DNA of 64,000 bases from Protoeuglena noctilucae (Eukaryota), in the NCBI GenBank assembly GCA_958009085.1, contig OY253673.1, positions 186,001 to 250,000 on the forward strand. The letters run 5' to 3'. Below, one piece after another: positions 1 through 12,453 of this stretch. The notes under the pieces are model-generated. The model worked only from the letters and a program-made list of their open reading frames with translations, was not told the DNA's origin and did not search any database. The position numbers were made by a program, and so were the translations under genes. The first letter of the stretch is position 1, and each line of letters starts with the position of its first letter.

Positions 1-3000
1 CCTCGGCGTCCTCGGCAAGTTCCATCGCCTCGCATCGTCGCCGCAGCTCGTCGAGGCCCGTCAGTCGCTCGAGCGCTGCCCCGTCCCCCGCTACCCGAGA
101 AACGAAAGCCCAGCCCTCCTCCCGCAGCGCGTCCAGCACGGGGTCCGAACACGCCACGCACTGGCTAAACGCACGCCCCGACATGGTGCCCTGGGTGAAC
201 CCAAACAGGCACCCCCGCACCATGTGTGGCATGGGGCCCAGCGACGACCCCTCCTCCCGCGCCCCCGCCGGGTCCTCGCCGGGCCGGCCCGACGCGCCCG
301 CTGCTTCCGCCCTCTCCGCGCGCGGCGCCGCGTCCCCCGCCACCCACGCCGCGGCGAGCTCTGCCGCCAGGGCCCCCGCCACGGATGCCAGCCCTGGTCT
401 CGACACAGTGCACTGCTGGTCGAGCGTGCGCTGCGAGACGCTGTCGCCCGGTGCCACGACGTCGTTGCAGAAGTAGCAACCGGGTCGGTCAGGCTGCGCG
501 CCGGGCTGCCCATGCCGCATCTGCAGGGTCGGGGGTGTCGTATGGATGTGGTGTGGCGTGCGTGATGGGAGCAGCGGCAGCGCTGGGCGCTAGGCAGACA
601 GAGAGGTGCCACGAACGGAAGCAGACGAGAGGCAGGATGCGGTTGCAGGTCGCTGTCGAGGCCCACGCTGTCTCTCACCACCACGAACGTGTCGAACCCC
701 AGGGCAGCCGTCACGACCCTCTTGCCACAGAGGGCCCCCAAGGCGGTGGGCAGCCAGCGGCTTTCGCGGCTGTCCGTGAGCAGAAACACGACGTCGTGGT
801 CCTGCGAGTTGCAAACACAAGGCCGCAGGTCCAGGCAAGCAGCAAGCGAGCGTGGCACCAAAGAGCCACCGAGAGTGGCATGCGACGCTAGGAGGTACGG
901 GACGTGTTCTAAGCCACGAAGGCGCGCAGGTGCCGGGACTGGCGTGTCAACGCACCCGCACGAGGTCCATGAGAGTCTCGAATGCTGCCCTCCCTGCCGC
1001 CTCCTCGGAAGCATGCATGGGGTGTCCCGGCATGGGCACGTCGATCTGGACGCCCCTGGTGGTGACGGCCGGGAAGATGCGCCTGCACAAACGGAGAGAA
1101 CGATTCAAAACACATTGCGCACGCACCCCTGCGCCTTGCAACACGACCCGGAGTACGCCCCGCCCACCGCTCCTCACCTCAGCGCATCGGCCGCCGCCTC
1201 TGCCTTGGGTTTGCCCTCTCCCAGGGCGTCCTCGTAAGCGAAGAGGCTCTGCCGCACGGGATTGCTCATCGATACCCGGGCGTTGTCGACGAATGTCACG
1301 TGCCGAACGCCCCAGCCCAGCAGCACGCGCGACACGGCGCAGCTGCGGGCACGGCGTGGGACAGGCGGTGTACAAAGTTGGTAGTACTTGCGTGTTGATG
1401 CTGTCACAGTTGGCGTGAGTAATAATGCCATTGGCATGCATACCATATTGTGGGCAACTACGACGATAAGGGCAACGAGAGACAGGGTGAAGACACGAGG
1501 CGACGTGGCGTGGCCAGGCTACGTGGGCCGAAGATGAATGGTTTGGTGAGAGCAGGCGCCTCACCCGAGCGTCCCGGCGCCAATGAGCAGCGCGCGCATC
1601 GACTTGATGCTCTCCAGGTCGATTCCCGGCGCCGCACGCCATCGCATGAGGCGCAGGTTGAGGTCCACAGCATTCTGCGTGCAACCGATAGGAGTGACGT
1701 CAAATGCGCCCAAATTTGGTTGCTTGGATAGCCCGAGCATGGGCCAGCCCCGACCTACCGCGGCCCGTCACATTCTGCAACCTCGCGACATCGCGACACC
1801 AGCCCATGCCCCCTCACCTCCGCCATCGCCAGCGGGTCCATCTGGTCCCGCAAATCCACCGCGCGCGGCCCCGGCTTCCCCTTAGGCCCCGCCTCCCACC
1901 CCACGCACGCCAGCCCGTCCTCGACGCCCCCCACCGGCCACTCCGCTGGCAGTGGGTCGACCCGGACCCTCGCAAGCCGGGACGCCTCCGCGGACACGCG
2001 CCCGCGCAGCATGCGCACGCACAGCACGGAGACGGTGCGGGACCCTTGTCCGGCCTCCCGCAGCTCCCATGCCAGAAGCAGGAGGAGGTTGCGCAGGGGC
2101 CACCCGGCCGCGTGGGGCTGGGAGCAAGGGTCCGAGAACGCGAGGATGGCATTGGAGTCGTCGAGGAGCGTCGGGAGTGCCTTGTGAAGGGGCCGGGCGG
2201 AGAGGGCGGCGTCGCTGTGCGGGGAGAGGACCCAGGCAAAGGGCAGGTCTGGGCGCGAGAGGTGCTCCTCGCAAGCAGCGACGGCGGCGGGGGCCAGGTC
2301 GCCCAGGGCAGCGGCAGCGGAGAGCAGAGGCTCGGATTTGAAAGGAGTGGGGGGCTTGAGCGCCGGCAGCAGGCACCACGACTTGCAGACGTACCGCTTG
2401 GGGTCGACGAAAGCGGTCACGAGGAACTGGAGGAGGAGGGATGGGTCCTGTAAGGCCGAGCGGGACTGCGGGGACGGCGGGGAGGACGCGGGGGTCGCCG
2501 GTTGCGTGCAGGCGGGTCTGGGCATTGCATGCCAGGGAGGCCGCCACACCTCGACGGCTTGCCACAGCGACGAGGCGACCTGCTTCGTCATCGCGACGCG
2601 GTCTGCCGCGAGGAAGTCGCCGTTCGTGTTGTAAATGACCATCCGGCCGGGCGCGAGGTGCGCCGCGGGTCGGTCCGCGAGGGGGGCCTGCGAACGGCCA
2701 GGGAGGCCATCTCTGAGCGTCGCGGTGGATGGAGAAGTAGAATAGGAGAGATAGAATGCAACTAATGATCCCACGTGTCGTAGCGTGGCACGCTCGAGCC
2801 AGGCGGGGGCGAGAAAACCCAAAGCGTTTGCACGCATTCCTCGGCTCATCCGACGCGCACCTGGGCTGGAGGACTTGAGCAGCCGGGTCCATCATCGTCG
2901 TCGACGAGGCTGCCTTGCTCGAGAACGACGCGGGCGGACAGGCCCTCGTGCTGCGAAGGGCTGACGGTGCCCACCACCCCGACGAAGTCCTCCGAGAGCC

Positions 3001-3088
3001 GGAGCTTGTTGAGCTTCATGTCTATCGCTTGGCTCCAAAAAGAGACCTCGAAGGACGAGCCCAAAGGCTCGAAGCGCAGAATCTCCAT
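1..3088 (-). CDS. ATG7: Autophagy E1-like enzyme ATG7 (multi-exon; 3' end runs off the left edge)
   Basis: Spliced exons give [18 protein letters not shown]..., [16 protein letters not shown]...[35 protein letters not shown] and [14 protein letters not shown]...[13 protein letters not shown] (catalytic Cys). Confidence 0.95.
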
Positions 3089-3413
3089 AGCTGCTGCGCG
3101 AGGTTTAGAGAAACAGGCTTAGGTCTGGCCTGGCTCCGTGATAGACAAGAGGTATTCGCTGACCTTGCCCAAGAGCGGGTCAGTTTGTAAAAAACACAGC
3201 AGGGGGATAGGTGAATGCCTCGGCCGTTCCCCGTATGCGCATGAAATTGAGGCTTCTTGCACAGGGAGGGTTAGGCCCTTGCCTGACACGCTTGCACAGC
3301 TTCCGCGCTGACTGTTCACCTCCGGCACCTCTGCGCCCTCATATCTAACCAGTGAGCCCAGCGGGTGACTAGACTGGGTTAGAGTCGCTCCAATCAGAGC
3401 AGCTGCGCGAACT

Positions 3414-4027
3414 ATGTCGCTGCGACCCATCTCGCGGCCCCTGGTCGCAAAGGCCATTCGCATCGTGGAGATTCGGGAGTACACTTGCAAGCCAGATGGC
3501 CTGGCGCCGTATCTCCAGCTAGCCTCGGTGCGTTTTTGATGCCCATGCCGAAGCATCGTGAGGGGACAAACCCGACCAAACATCTGATGTTTTCCGCGTT
3601 CCCGCAGGCTTCAGCACACCTGCGCCAAGACTTGATGCCCGGCTGGTGAGTGGCCGGCCTGCTTCTCGCTGAGCAGCTGTCCATCTCCATGCCGCTCTCT
3701 GCTCACGCACCTTACGCACTCCACGCGCTTCCCAGGCGTCTGTTCGCGACGGTGGAGACCGGGGCGCCTATCCACAAGCTCGTGCACGTCTATTCCTACG
3801 AATCCCTCGCCGAGCGCGAGCGTGTCCGGTGCGCCTGGGGCCCATGCTTTGGCTTTATGTCATCATCCTCTGCCCGCGGCGCCCACGTCCCTCAACTGCC
3901 CCCTCACTCAGATCCAAGCTGCAGTCCGTCGAAGCCTGGAAGACCTTTCTGTCGCAAAGCCGACCGCATTTGCTAGAGCAAGCGTCCAGGCTGTTCTGGG
4001 AGGTGAGCGTCGCTGCTGCTGCTGTTA

Positions 4028-4064
<37 letters not shown>

Positions 4065-4742
4065 AAGAAGCTGGCAGGACCAGGGAGTGCGCGGAAGGCA
4101 TATAAGGGAATGGCAGGTCATGGGGTTGGTGCAGAGGTTGGGAGGTGGGGTCCTGTGGCGTTGGGCGGCACGGTAATGGTGAGGCTGTTGGCAGGTCAAA
4201 GATTGCGACCTGTGCACTCCAGCAAGCCTGCCTTGGTCTGTATCGCAGGACGCGGGCCAGGTGCGGCGCCTGGGCGGCTGCGGTGCGTGGGATGTCGCGG
4301 CGGCGAACGGGGCCGGGAATGGCGCACCACATGTGTATGAGCTGAGGTCGTACCGAGCGGGCAACGATGGGGCCGGAGAGCCGAGCGAAGAGCATCGGGG
4401 CCAGGCGCGTCTGATGACGGCGTGTCTGTCGGCATGGGGAAAGGCGGGGCGCGTGGCGGAGCTGTGGCGATACCCGAACGTGCAAGCGTTGATGGATCGG
4501 CGACTGGTGAGGGTGCTGGGGGCATCTGGGCATGCAATCACATGTTGTGACTAGCGACAGCTACCTCCTTTCGCTCCATGGGACTGACAGCTCTGCACCC
4601 GTCTTGCCTCCTGCCATGAGGCGCCTCATGCGTTGATCTCGCCGCTTCATCACAGGGCGAGATGGCTGCGGATGGGGCCCGCGAGGAGGCAGCGCTGGGG
4701 GCGGTCATACTGCGTCCCACAGCCTTCAGTCCTTGGCAATAA
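3414..4742 (+). CDS. NIPSNAP family protein (two NIPSNAP domains, 6 exons)
   Basis: ATG at 3414. Exons read IVEIREYTCKPDG, LVHVYSYESLAERERVR and VYELRSY...AELWRYPN. Last exon 4656-4742 ends VILRPTAFSPWQ*, a typical NIPSNAP C-terminus. Confidence 0.85.
4012..4064. repeat. (GCT)n followed by (GCTGTT)n microsatellite in a NIPSNAP intron
   Basis: Tandem hexamer run directly visible. Confidence 0.95.
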
Positions 4743-5094
4743 GTGTGCCAAGCAGTCTCATCAATCCCACTTGTCTGATAATCTAACTTGGGTGTCATAG
4801 CCCCACACGTCTTGCCATTCAAGGGTGTGATAGCTATAGTAGAGTTGTGCAGCGTGGTGCTTGCTGGGATGGTGCGAGGAAACGTCAGCAGGGGACGCGG
4901 GGGGTTTGCTAGGAAACGCAAAGAAGCGCAACGAACCAAAACGAGAGCCCACACTGTGTGGGTCGAGGAGAATGTTCCTGGGGCTTGAGAGAGAGAGGGG
5001 GAAAGCGCGGGGAGCAGAGCAGGACGGCCAGACACCGCCCCAGGTCGCACAAATGAGGGGCACAAAGCGGGTGTCGGGTGCCGGTGTGTTCGTC

Positions 5095-8000
5095 TCAGTC
5101 GCCGGCTCGGTCCCCCAGCGGCGACATGCCTTGCAAAACGTCGATGCTGGCGGTGCTCTTAAGCCTTTCGTCGCCCAGCCGGCTCCTGCGCTCGGCATTC
5201 GACCCCAGAGCCTGCTCCTGCGCGCTTGGGACCCTCATCCCGGCCGCCAACGCGGCAGGGGCCTGGTGCTGGTGGGAGCTGCCCTCCTCCTGCGAGCATG
5301 ACTGAGCCGTTACATGTCGCTCTGCGCTCCCCGCCCAGTGCGTCACACCGCCACAGTCGCTGTGTAGCAGTCCCGCGCAACACAGCTTACACGATCGCAT
5401 GGTCCCACCTTCAAGCTCCTGCGCAAGTCGTCCACCAGCTCCGCTCCTGATCGGCCCATGCGCGAAGCGATTGAGTCCATGCTCTTGCGATCGATGCGCC
5501 GACTGCGGTCACAGGGCACCAGCGCGCATCCCGACCTCAACGCACCTCGCACGCTGACATCAGCGTGCCCAACGGTCCCTGCTACATCCAAACCGGCACC
5601 CGCACCCGCAACCCTCCCCCGGCGTCTCATTTCATCTCACTCGTTCCCCGATCGCCCGCCTCCTCCCAGTCCCTCACCTGATGTTACTCAGATGCCCGTC
5701 CCAGTCCGCTGCCCTCTGCCTCGGGGATCCCTCCCCGTCCCCGGAGCCCCCCGCGTCCCCGCCGCCCCTGGCGCCCTCCCGCTCGTCCAGCTTCCCCATG
5801 CTCGCCGGCCTTGCGTCCGCTTGCAGCCGCGAGGGCCCCGCCGTTGCCGCCGTCCCCACGCTTGGCGCGCGGAGGCTGTTCCCCGCCTGGTCCACGTCCT
5901 TCCGCTGGGCCGAGGTGCGGAGCTCCTGCAAGACCAAGGGAGGAACAGCACAGCGCATGACGGGATGCCGTACAGGTCAGTTTGGGTGAGCAGCGTGCTT
6001 GCCACGCATGCCATGCTATGCCATGGCCAGCCGCTGCGTCACCTCCGCCAGCTTCACGGCTTGCTGGATGCTCCGATCGCTCTCCCTCGCCACGGGCAAG
6101 ATGGCGTTCCTGCGCAGAGCAGCGGCCGCCCTCGTGTTGGCCGGGTGCAGGGTGCCACTTCCAGTTCGTGCCACCACACCCACGGCCACTCACACCCGCA
6201 TCTGTACCCGCATCTCCACCCGCATCCGCATCCGCCCCTCGCCTGGACCCCTGGGCCTTGGCGGCCTGCCTCTGCCTCCACTTCGCGCTGACCGACTTGG
6301 CGATGTGCGCCGCGGCCGCGTCCCTCCTCGCATCCAACATCTCCGCCCCCAGCCGCTGCGCCTCCTGCACCGCCTCGGCCCGCCCGCCGGCCGCCGCGTC
6401 CCTCCGCACGGCCGCGGTCACGGGCGGCTGCTCGCCGTGGCCCCCCATGGTGCGCCACTTGGATATGGCCTCCGTCAGCACGTGCGACTTGGCCGTCGTC
6501 GTGATGTCCACCAACTCCTCGTAATACTGCAGGCGGCAGTGACTGAGTGGTGAGCGACGCACGAACGTTAAGCTTCGGCCTCCATGACCCCGTCGATCAA
6601 TGGGACAACCATCCCAGCATGTCTGCACCATCCCAGCGTGTTTTCAAACACGCTGCGAGCATCACCATCAAAACCGTGTTCCCCTCACACCTTCTGGAAC
6701 GGTGGCAGCACGTCTGGGTACGTGATGACGATCTCCAGGAAGTCCTCGAGCGTGATTTTGAGCATGTCGCACCCAGACAGCGAGGAGACGTTCTCTCGCC
6801 TCCTGGGGCGGTAGTTGGTGCCCTGGATGACCTCGATGGCGGAGGAGATGCCGAACATGGCGCCTTTGCACATTTGCGCCACGATCGAGTCCCGGTCGAC
6901 GTCCACGAAGACGAGCTCCCCGCGGAGCAGGATGGAGATGTCCGTGCTCGTCTCGCCGCGCTGGTAGACATACGTGTAGGCAGACACGCTGTACATCTGT
7001 GGAGACGCGGTGGGGAGGGGGAAGGGGTTGAGTGGGAGGGAGTAGCCAGGGGTGGGCAGCGACAGTGGGCAGCAGCAGTGGACTGCAGTGGGTGACAGGG
7101 GCAGCACGAGCGCGCAATCAAGTTTGCCTCAGGGTAGGCGAGAACGTGTGGGCCAGTGGCCAGGCAACCCCCTCTCCCTGCCCCTCACCTGGATGCGCAT
7201 GCACAGTCCCTGTCACCCCTGCTCACCTGGATGCGCATGCACAGGTCCGTGGTGAAGATGTCGTCCCTCCGGAACCCCAGCACGGGCGCGTTCTTGATGT
7301 CGGACTCGTACATGTGCTTGACGACCCGCGACCGCAGCTCGAACGGCAGCAGCGCCAGCACCTCCCGCGTGTCGTAGCTCTTGACGCGCTGCTTCTTGAA
7401 GAAGGACAGCACGGGGGCGCGCAGCTCCGCGGGCATCTTGACGTCACGCAAAAACACCTTGACCGTCTCCATGCGCTCCGTCTGGGCCTTCGTGGCCGCG
7501 TCGAAGCTGGACACGATGGAACCCATCCTGCGGAGGGGCGGGGGGTGTGGCGGTGGGTGACCGACCGACGCTGACCGTCGCAGAGGGGACTGCGAGCTGG
7601 GACAGTTAGGCTGAGGCCTGTTGCAGCGCCAACGTGGGCTGCGAGGTGCTGGGCAGGCAGCGACCGCAGGGAACCACTGCCCGTGGCCGTGCCAGGCATG
7701 ACACTTGCAAATGCCAGCGTCCACTCGCCGGGAGATGATTCCGGAGAAGACGAAGGCGCCGACGATGAGGGCGAAGATGTTGTAGATGCGCTCGCTGAGC
7801 GTGTTGGCCGAGATGTCTCTGTAGCCCACAGTGGTCATGGTGGTGAACGCCCTTCGACCAAGGTGGGGGGCGCAGGTCCCTCGTGGACCTTGCCGTCAGT
7901 TAAGGCAGTGCAAACTGCACGTCCGCCATCCATGGTCACACTCACCAGTACAGCGCCCCCACGTATCGCACGCCCAGCGAGAAGACCGTGTGGCACAACT

Positions 8001-9747
8001 GCGTGCTGGAGTCGTACTCGTAGGCGGTGGGGCACGAGCCGTCCGCGCCGGGGAGGACGCTGCGGGGGAGAGGGTGCACGAGCGGGGACGCTTTGCATGC
8101 GTGCAGCTGCGGGCCGACAACGCTCACGCAGCACACCCTTCGGGTGACTGGTCCCCTAACCAGGGCAACGATTTGTCGCACACAGGGCAACAGCGGAATT
8201 GGTTGGCCGTGTGGGTCATGCTGCCCGCCCCTGCGCCCCGCATCGCCATGGGCCGTGCGTTGCTCACTCGAACTCCTCGCCAAAGTAGTCCGTCTCGATC
8301 CAGTTGCTCAACATGCCGCTGGACACCAGCGCCCTCTCCTCGCTCGTCTGCCAGGACGACGTGGAGAAGTAGTAGAAGAAGCAGCCGAGGAGGTGGCCCA
8401 CGAAGGCGAGGACCGTGATCTGGCGGATGATGCCGATGGCGGGGAGGAGCATGAAGAGGGACGCCTGGTACTTTTCCAACAGGCGGTTGACGCGGGCGAG
8501 GCGGAGGAGCTTGAACAGACGCGTGACGCGCAGGATGCTGCGAGGAAGGGGAGGGGTGGATAATGGGTGTGTGGGCTGGGTGCGGTGGGGTCGACCGGGT
8601 GGGTGCGGGTGGGTGCGGTGGGGCTGACGGGAGCTGTGCCGCCCATGCATGGCGGGAAGGGTGGGAGCACCAACACCAGCCCCGTTGCTCTGTGTGCCGC
8701 AGTGCCTCACCGGAAGAGTTTGAAGAGGCGCGGCTGGGACTTGGAGGTGGAGGCAACCGCGGCCCCGCAGTGGCTGAAGGAGCACGCGAGGGTGCCGTCC
8801 GCCCCCCGGACGATGTAGTCGACGGGGAAGGCCGAGACGAAGTCCAGGGCCAGCCACGAGCACGCGTAGTGGGCCGCAATGGAGCGGGGGTGCGTCTGCA
8901 GGTCCCCTGTCTCCGTCTCGTACGCCGTGAAGAAGTTAAGGGCCACGTCGCTCATGAACAAGAGGTCGACGATAAGGTCGAAGATGAACCAGCCGCCGTA
9001 CGCGGGCCGGTCGAACCCAACGCGCAAGGGCACCTGCGGGTGCGTCCCAGGGCGCACGCATACTCAGAGAGGTCGCTGTTAGGCAAAGGGCCATCCAGGG
9101 CATGCAGGAACGAGCTCCAGGGTGCAGGCCAGGTTCACTCACTGCGATACAGATGTAGATGAGCACGAGCAACTGGAAGAGATCCCAGTTGCGGCGAAAG
9201 CGGCCGTCGGGGCTGACGATGTACCGGTGCTCGCCACCACGGTCGGGCCCCTCGGGTCGGTCCGCGTCCTCCGCAGCAGAAGTCAGGCCGGTGGCCTCGG
9301 ACCGGCCGCGGCGGCGGGCCACGTCGGTCAGCGACGCGACGGGCGAGGCCTTGAACAGGATGCCCGCGCTCAGGTTCTTCTGCGTCGTCACGCGGCCCAG
9401 CCCACGACGGGACCTGCGGGAGGGAGGCGACCCGGGCGGCCTGGGTCAGGCTCGTGGCGCGTTGCCGAGGCCACGCTCACATGTGCACCCACGCAAACAC
9501 GGCCAGGCACGGCATGGTGCAGGCAAGGGGACCCTTTGGGAAGCTGGCCTCACTTCCTGTTGCTGCCGCGGTCGAGCACGGTAGCGAGCATGTTGCCGAT
9601 GAATCCGCCCCGAGAACTCTGCTTTTGGCCCCGTCGCGGTGGGTGTGAGCTGGCTGTGCCCTCCCGCTGCATGTCCGCGCCCTCCTCTACCCTCGGGGCC
9701 GTCGAGGCCGGCGGTTCCGTTCGCTCAGTGTCGCCCGACATCTGCAT
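5095..9747 (-). CDS. Six-TM cation channel of the KCNH/HCN/plant-Shaker (CNBD) superfamily with an atypical filter
   Basis: S1 region YIVSPDGRFRRNWDLF; S2-S3 DVALNFFTAY...WLALDFVSAFPVD; S4 LRVTRLFKLLRLARVNR; pore YVGALYWAFTTMTTVGYRDI; C-linker VLALLPFELR; CNBD VYQRGETSTDISILLRGEL. C-terminal exons are less certain. Confidence 0.9.
7184..7244 (-). repeat. 23-nt direct repeat duplicating an exon end plus its 5' splice site
   Basis: ctcacctggatgcgcatgcacag occurs at 7184-7206 and 7222-7244. Confidence 0.95.
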
Positions 9748-10544
9748 CGTGTCGTGGGACGGCGGACGCGGTGAGACACAAGGGATCATGCGTGTACGCA
9801 ATGCCATTGGTTTGCGTGACGGGGGACACGTACACTCCCCCAGCGACAAAAAAAAGATCTGTTATAGTCATCCAGCACGCGGGAAGGTCATTTGTCGGCG
9901 CAGGGCAGCAGACCGGCGCGAACAGGGCCCAGTGACATGCATGACAATCACGGCGCGGCCTGGCACCGATCAGGTCAGAAGGGCGCTTGCAGGCCATCGC
10001 TGCACCTTCCTTACGTCATGGCATGCGGCAGGGCGCCCGCCCATTCCGGGGAGTCGCCGTCATTGGAACGCACCCCGGGCTCTCACCCCTGTTCAGACGA
10101 TGACAGGCGCTTTGAAGAAGCGCCCTTCCTCAGCGCCGCCCTGACAAGAGCATGCGGCACCCCGGCGTCACGGGGCACGTCCGCCGGTGCCCACTGTTGA
10201 CCCTTAGTTAGAGACTACCCTTCTTATCCAAGCGCCGGGCGCCTCCGACGCCAAAGCCGCTATGAGGAAGTGTCATCAAAGGTCGGGAACTCTGGCCAGG
10301 CCGGCCACGCCGGCTGCAAACAACAACTTCTGACGCTCGGCACCCGACGTTGTGGCTCATCGCCTTCCTCGCCTCGCCCTTTGCTTATCGATTTGTGCTC
10401 CGAGATATCTTGGGTGTTACTATACGCTCCGTCCTTAAGCAGAAGCCTCGAAGAGAGTTGCAGCGCCCACGTGGCATGGTCATGCATGCGGCGCTCGCCT
10501 GAGGAGGCGCATTCCTCGCTCGCCCGCACCATCGGCTGCCCAAG

Positions 10545-12359
10545 ATGAAGGGGTCTGGGCCGGGTCCTCAGGGCACGGAGCTGCCCCAGAGTCCGCGCCA
10601 CCCGGAACAACAGCCGGGGGAGTCCATGTACGGGGTGCTCGAGCACGAGGCCATAGCAACTGCCTTCTCCAGCATAGCATTCTCCGGGTTACGGTCGCTG
10701 CCGCCCAAGCTGGAGCCCGCTTTCCGCGAGCGCCGACGCAACAGGATCGGCGCTCAGCTCGCCAGCATGTCAGCCTCGTCATTGGGCGACCACGAGCGGC
10801 CCACGGACCGCCGACGGAGCCCGAGGACAGCCAGCCCTCGAAAGATGGCGGAGGAGGTTGCCAGAGGCCAAGTCAGGGGCTCCCACGGCTTCACGGAGTT
10901 CACGTATCTGCCAGGCGCGTTTGCGGAGCGTGCGGACATGACCCGCAGGCCGCAGCCATCCCTCTGGGTCAACCCTAAGGACTTCGTCGTTCGCTCGAGC
11001 CGGCCACCTCCGCGATTCCTCAACGAGTTCGGGAACTACACGCACAGTTCGGACCCGTTCGACAGCGTCGTCGACGGCGAGAAGAGCGAGGCGGAGATAT
11101 CGGGGATGATGCAGGCGAGCCGCGGCGGATGTGGGCCGGGAGTGAAGGGGAACACGCTTGGGAAGGGCGTGAGCGTGGCCGTCTCCTGCCTGGCATGCAG
11201 ATACACCAGCTGCCCATCAAGGGAGGCGGCAGGCCGGGGCGCGGGGAGTGGACGCTGGGGCTCCTCGACGAGAGCGTCAATGGCATTGAGAAGGACTTGC
11301 GCGCCCACTTCGGGCCGCGCCTCATCGGCGTCACCAAGGACGTCCACGGGTGGGTGCACCTGCATCGCTGCTGAGTCTCTGTGGTGCCCCTGTGCTCTAC
11401 ACCTGTGCCCGTCACTCACACCCGTCGCCCTTGACCCGCGGCCCGCAGTCTCATCGTCGTGCGCTTCCGGGACCCGTCCCGGGACAGGTCCAAGGGCCGT
11501 AGCGGGGAGGGTGCGGGGCAGGACCAGGACGTCTCTGCGTACATGCAGCAGTGGGTCCGGGGGTCGCGGTGGGCCTCCGAGCTGCGCCTGGTGCGGGAGA
11601 TCGCCTCGTGGGGCGTCCCCGTGCCGCACCTGGGGGAGATATGGTACACCCTGCGTGGGCCGTGGGTCCACCTACGCCCCGCCGTGCCCCGCCCGCTCGC
11701 CGACCGCATCGACGCAGAGCGCCGGAAGGCCTACGCCCACCAACGCCGCGTGAGGGACGCCCTGGCCTCCGTCACTGCCGGCCGGGCCTTCCTCGCCGGA
11801 CCCGATGCCGTCAGCCACGCGGGCGACCCCGGTGAGGCAGATGGACGAAGCGATGGCTTGCGGACGGTGCGTGAGGGCATAGTGATCTACTTTGCCATTC
11901 ATGGCGTCATACCAGACGAGGCTGCTCGGATGACAAGCGCTGAGGCGCAGTGCGGCTTGTGGGGATGCGACAGCCTCGCGCTCTGCGACCGCAGACCCGA
12001 CCATTCCGTCCCTGCGAGAGCCCCACGGCGGGATGCGCGAGTTCCACCTGTCGCGGCCCTTGATGGCGACCTTCTTCACCGGCCGCGGCGAGAAGAGGAG
12101 CGAGTTCGCCGCGTCCCAGCCCCGGGCGCGCGTGTGGGAGTACGACCGACGGCGGAGGGGGGTCCCGGTGCGCGCCACGCCTGCTTGAACCGGCTGCCCT
12201 TTTGCTGCAGATGCCGAGGCAGCGGCGACCACCTCGTGTGCTTCCCTTGCTTCGCTGCAGGAAAACCACGGGCGGTTCGTCCCCCCGGAGACCCCCGAGG
12301 TGCCAGCGGCGCAGGACACGTCGCAAGAAGCGATCCCGGACCCGCGGAATCTATTTTAG
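10545..12359 (+). CDS. Hypothetical multi-exon protein, no family recognised
   Basis: Long first exon from ATG 10545, phase-compatible GC-AG intron 11115-11200, coding-like downstream exons. Terminal exon (...IPDPRNLF*) is tentative. Confidence 0.55.
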
Positions 12360-12453
12360 AAAGGGCTGGTGGGTTGAAGACGTAGCCGCCCGCTCAGCTA
12401 GCGGATGAAGACGAGCGAGAGACACCCGCAGAGCAATGCCGAATGGCAGGGAT

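Noticed and set aside
3822..4533. Poly-Cys, (AT)n and (SN)n peptide ORFs
   Set aside because: They are translations of the intronic (GCTGTT)n microsatellite.
4700..4790. Minus-strand TGATGA...CTGA suggesting a C/D box snoRNA
   Set aside because: It overlaps the antisense of the NIPSNAP last exon, and no convincing terminal stem or correctly placed guide was found.
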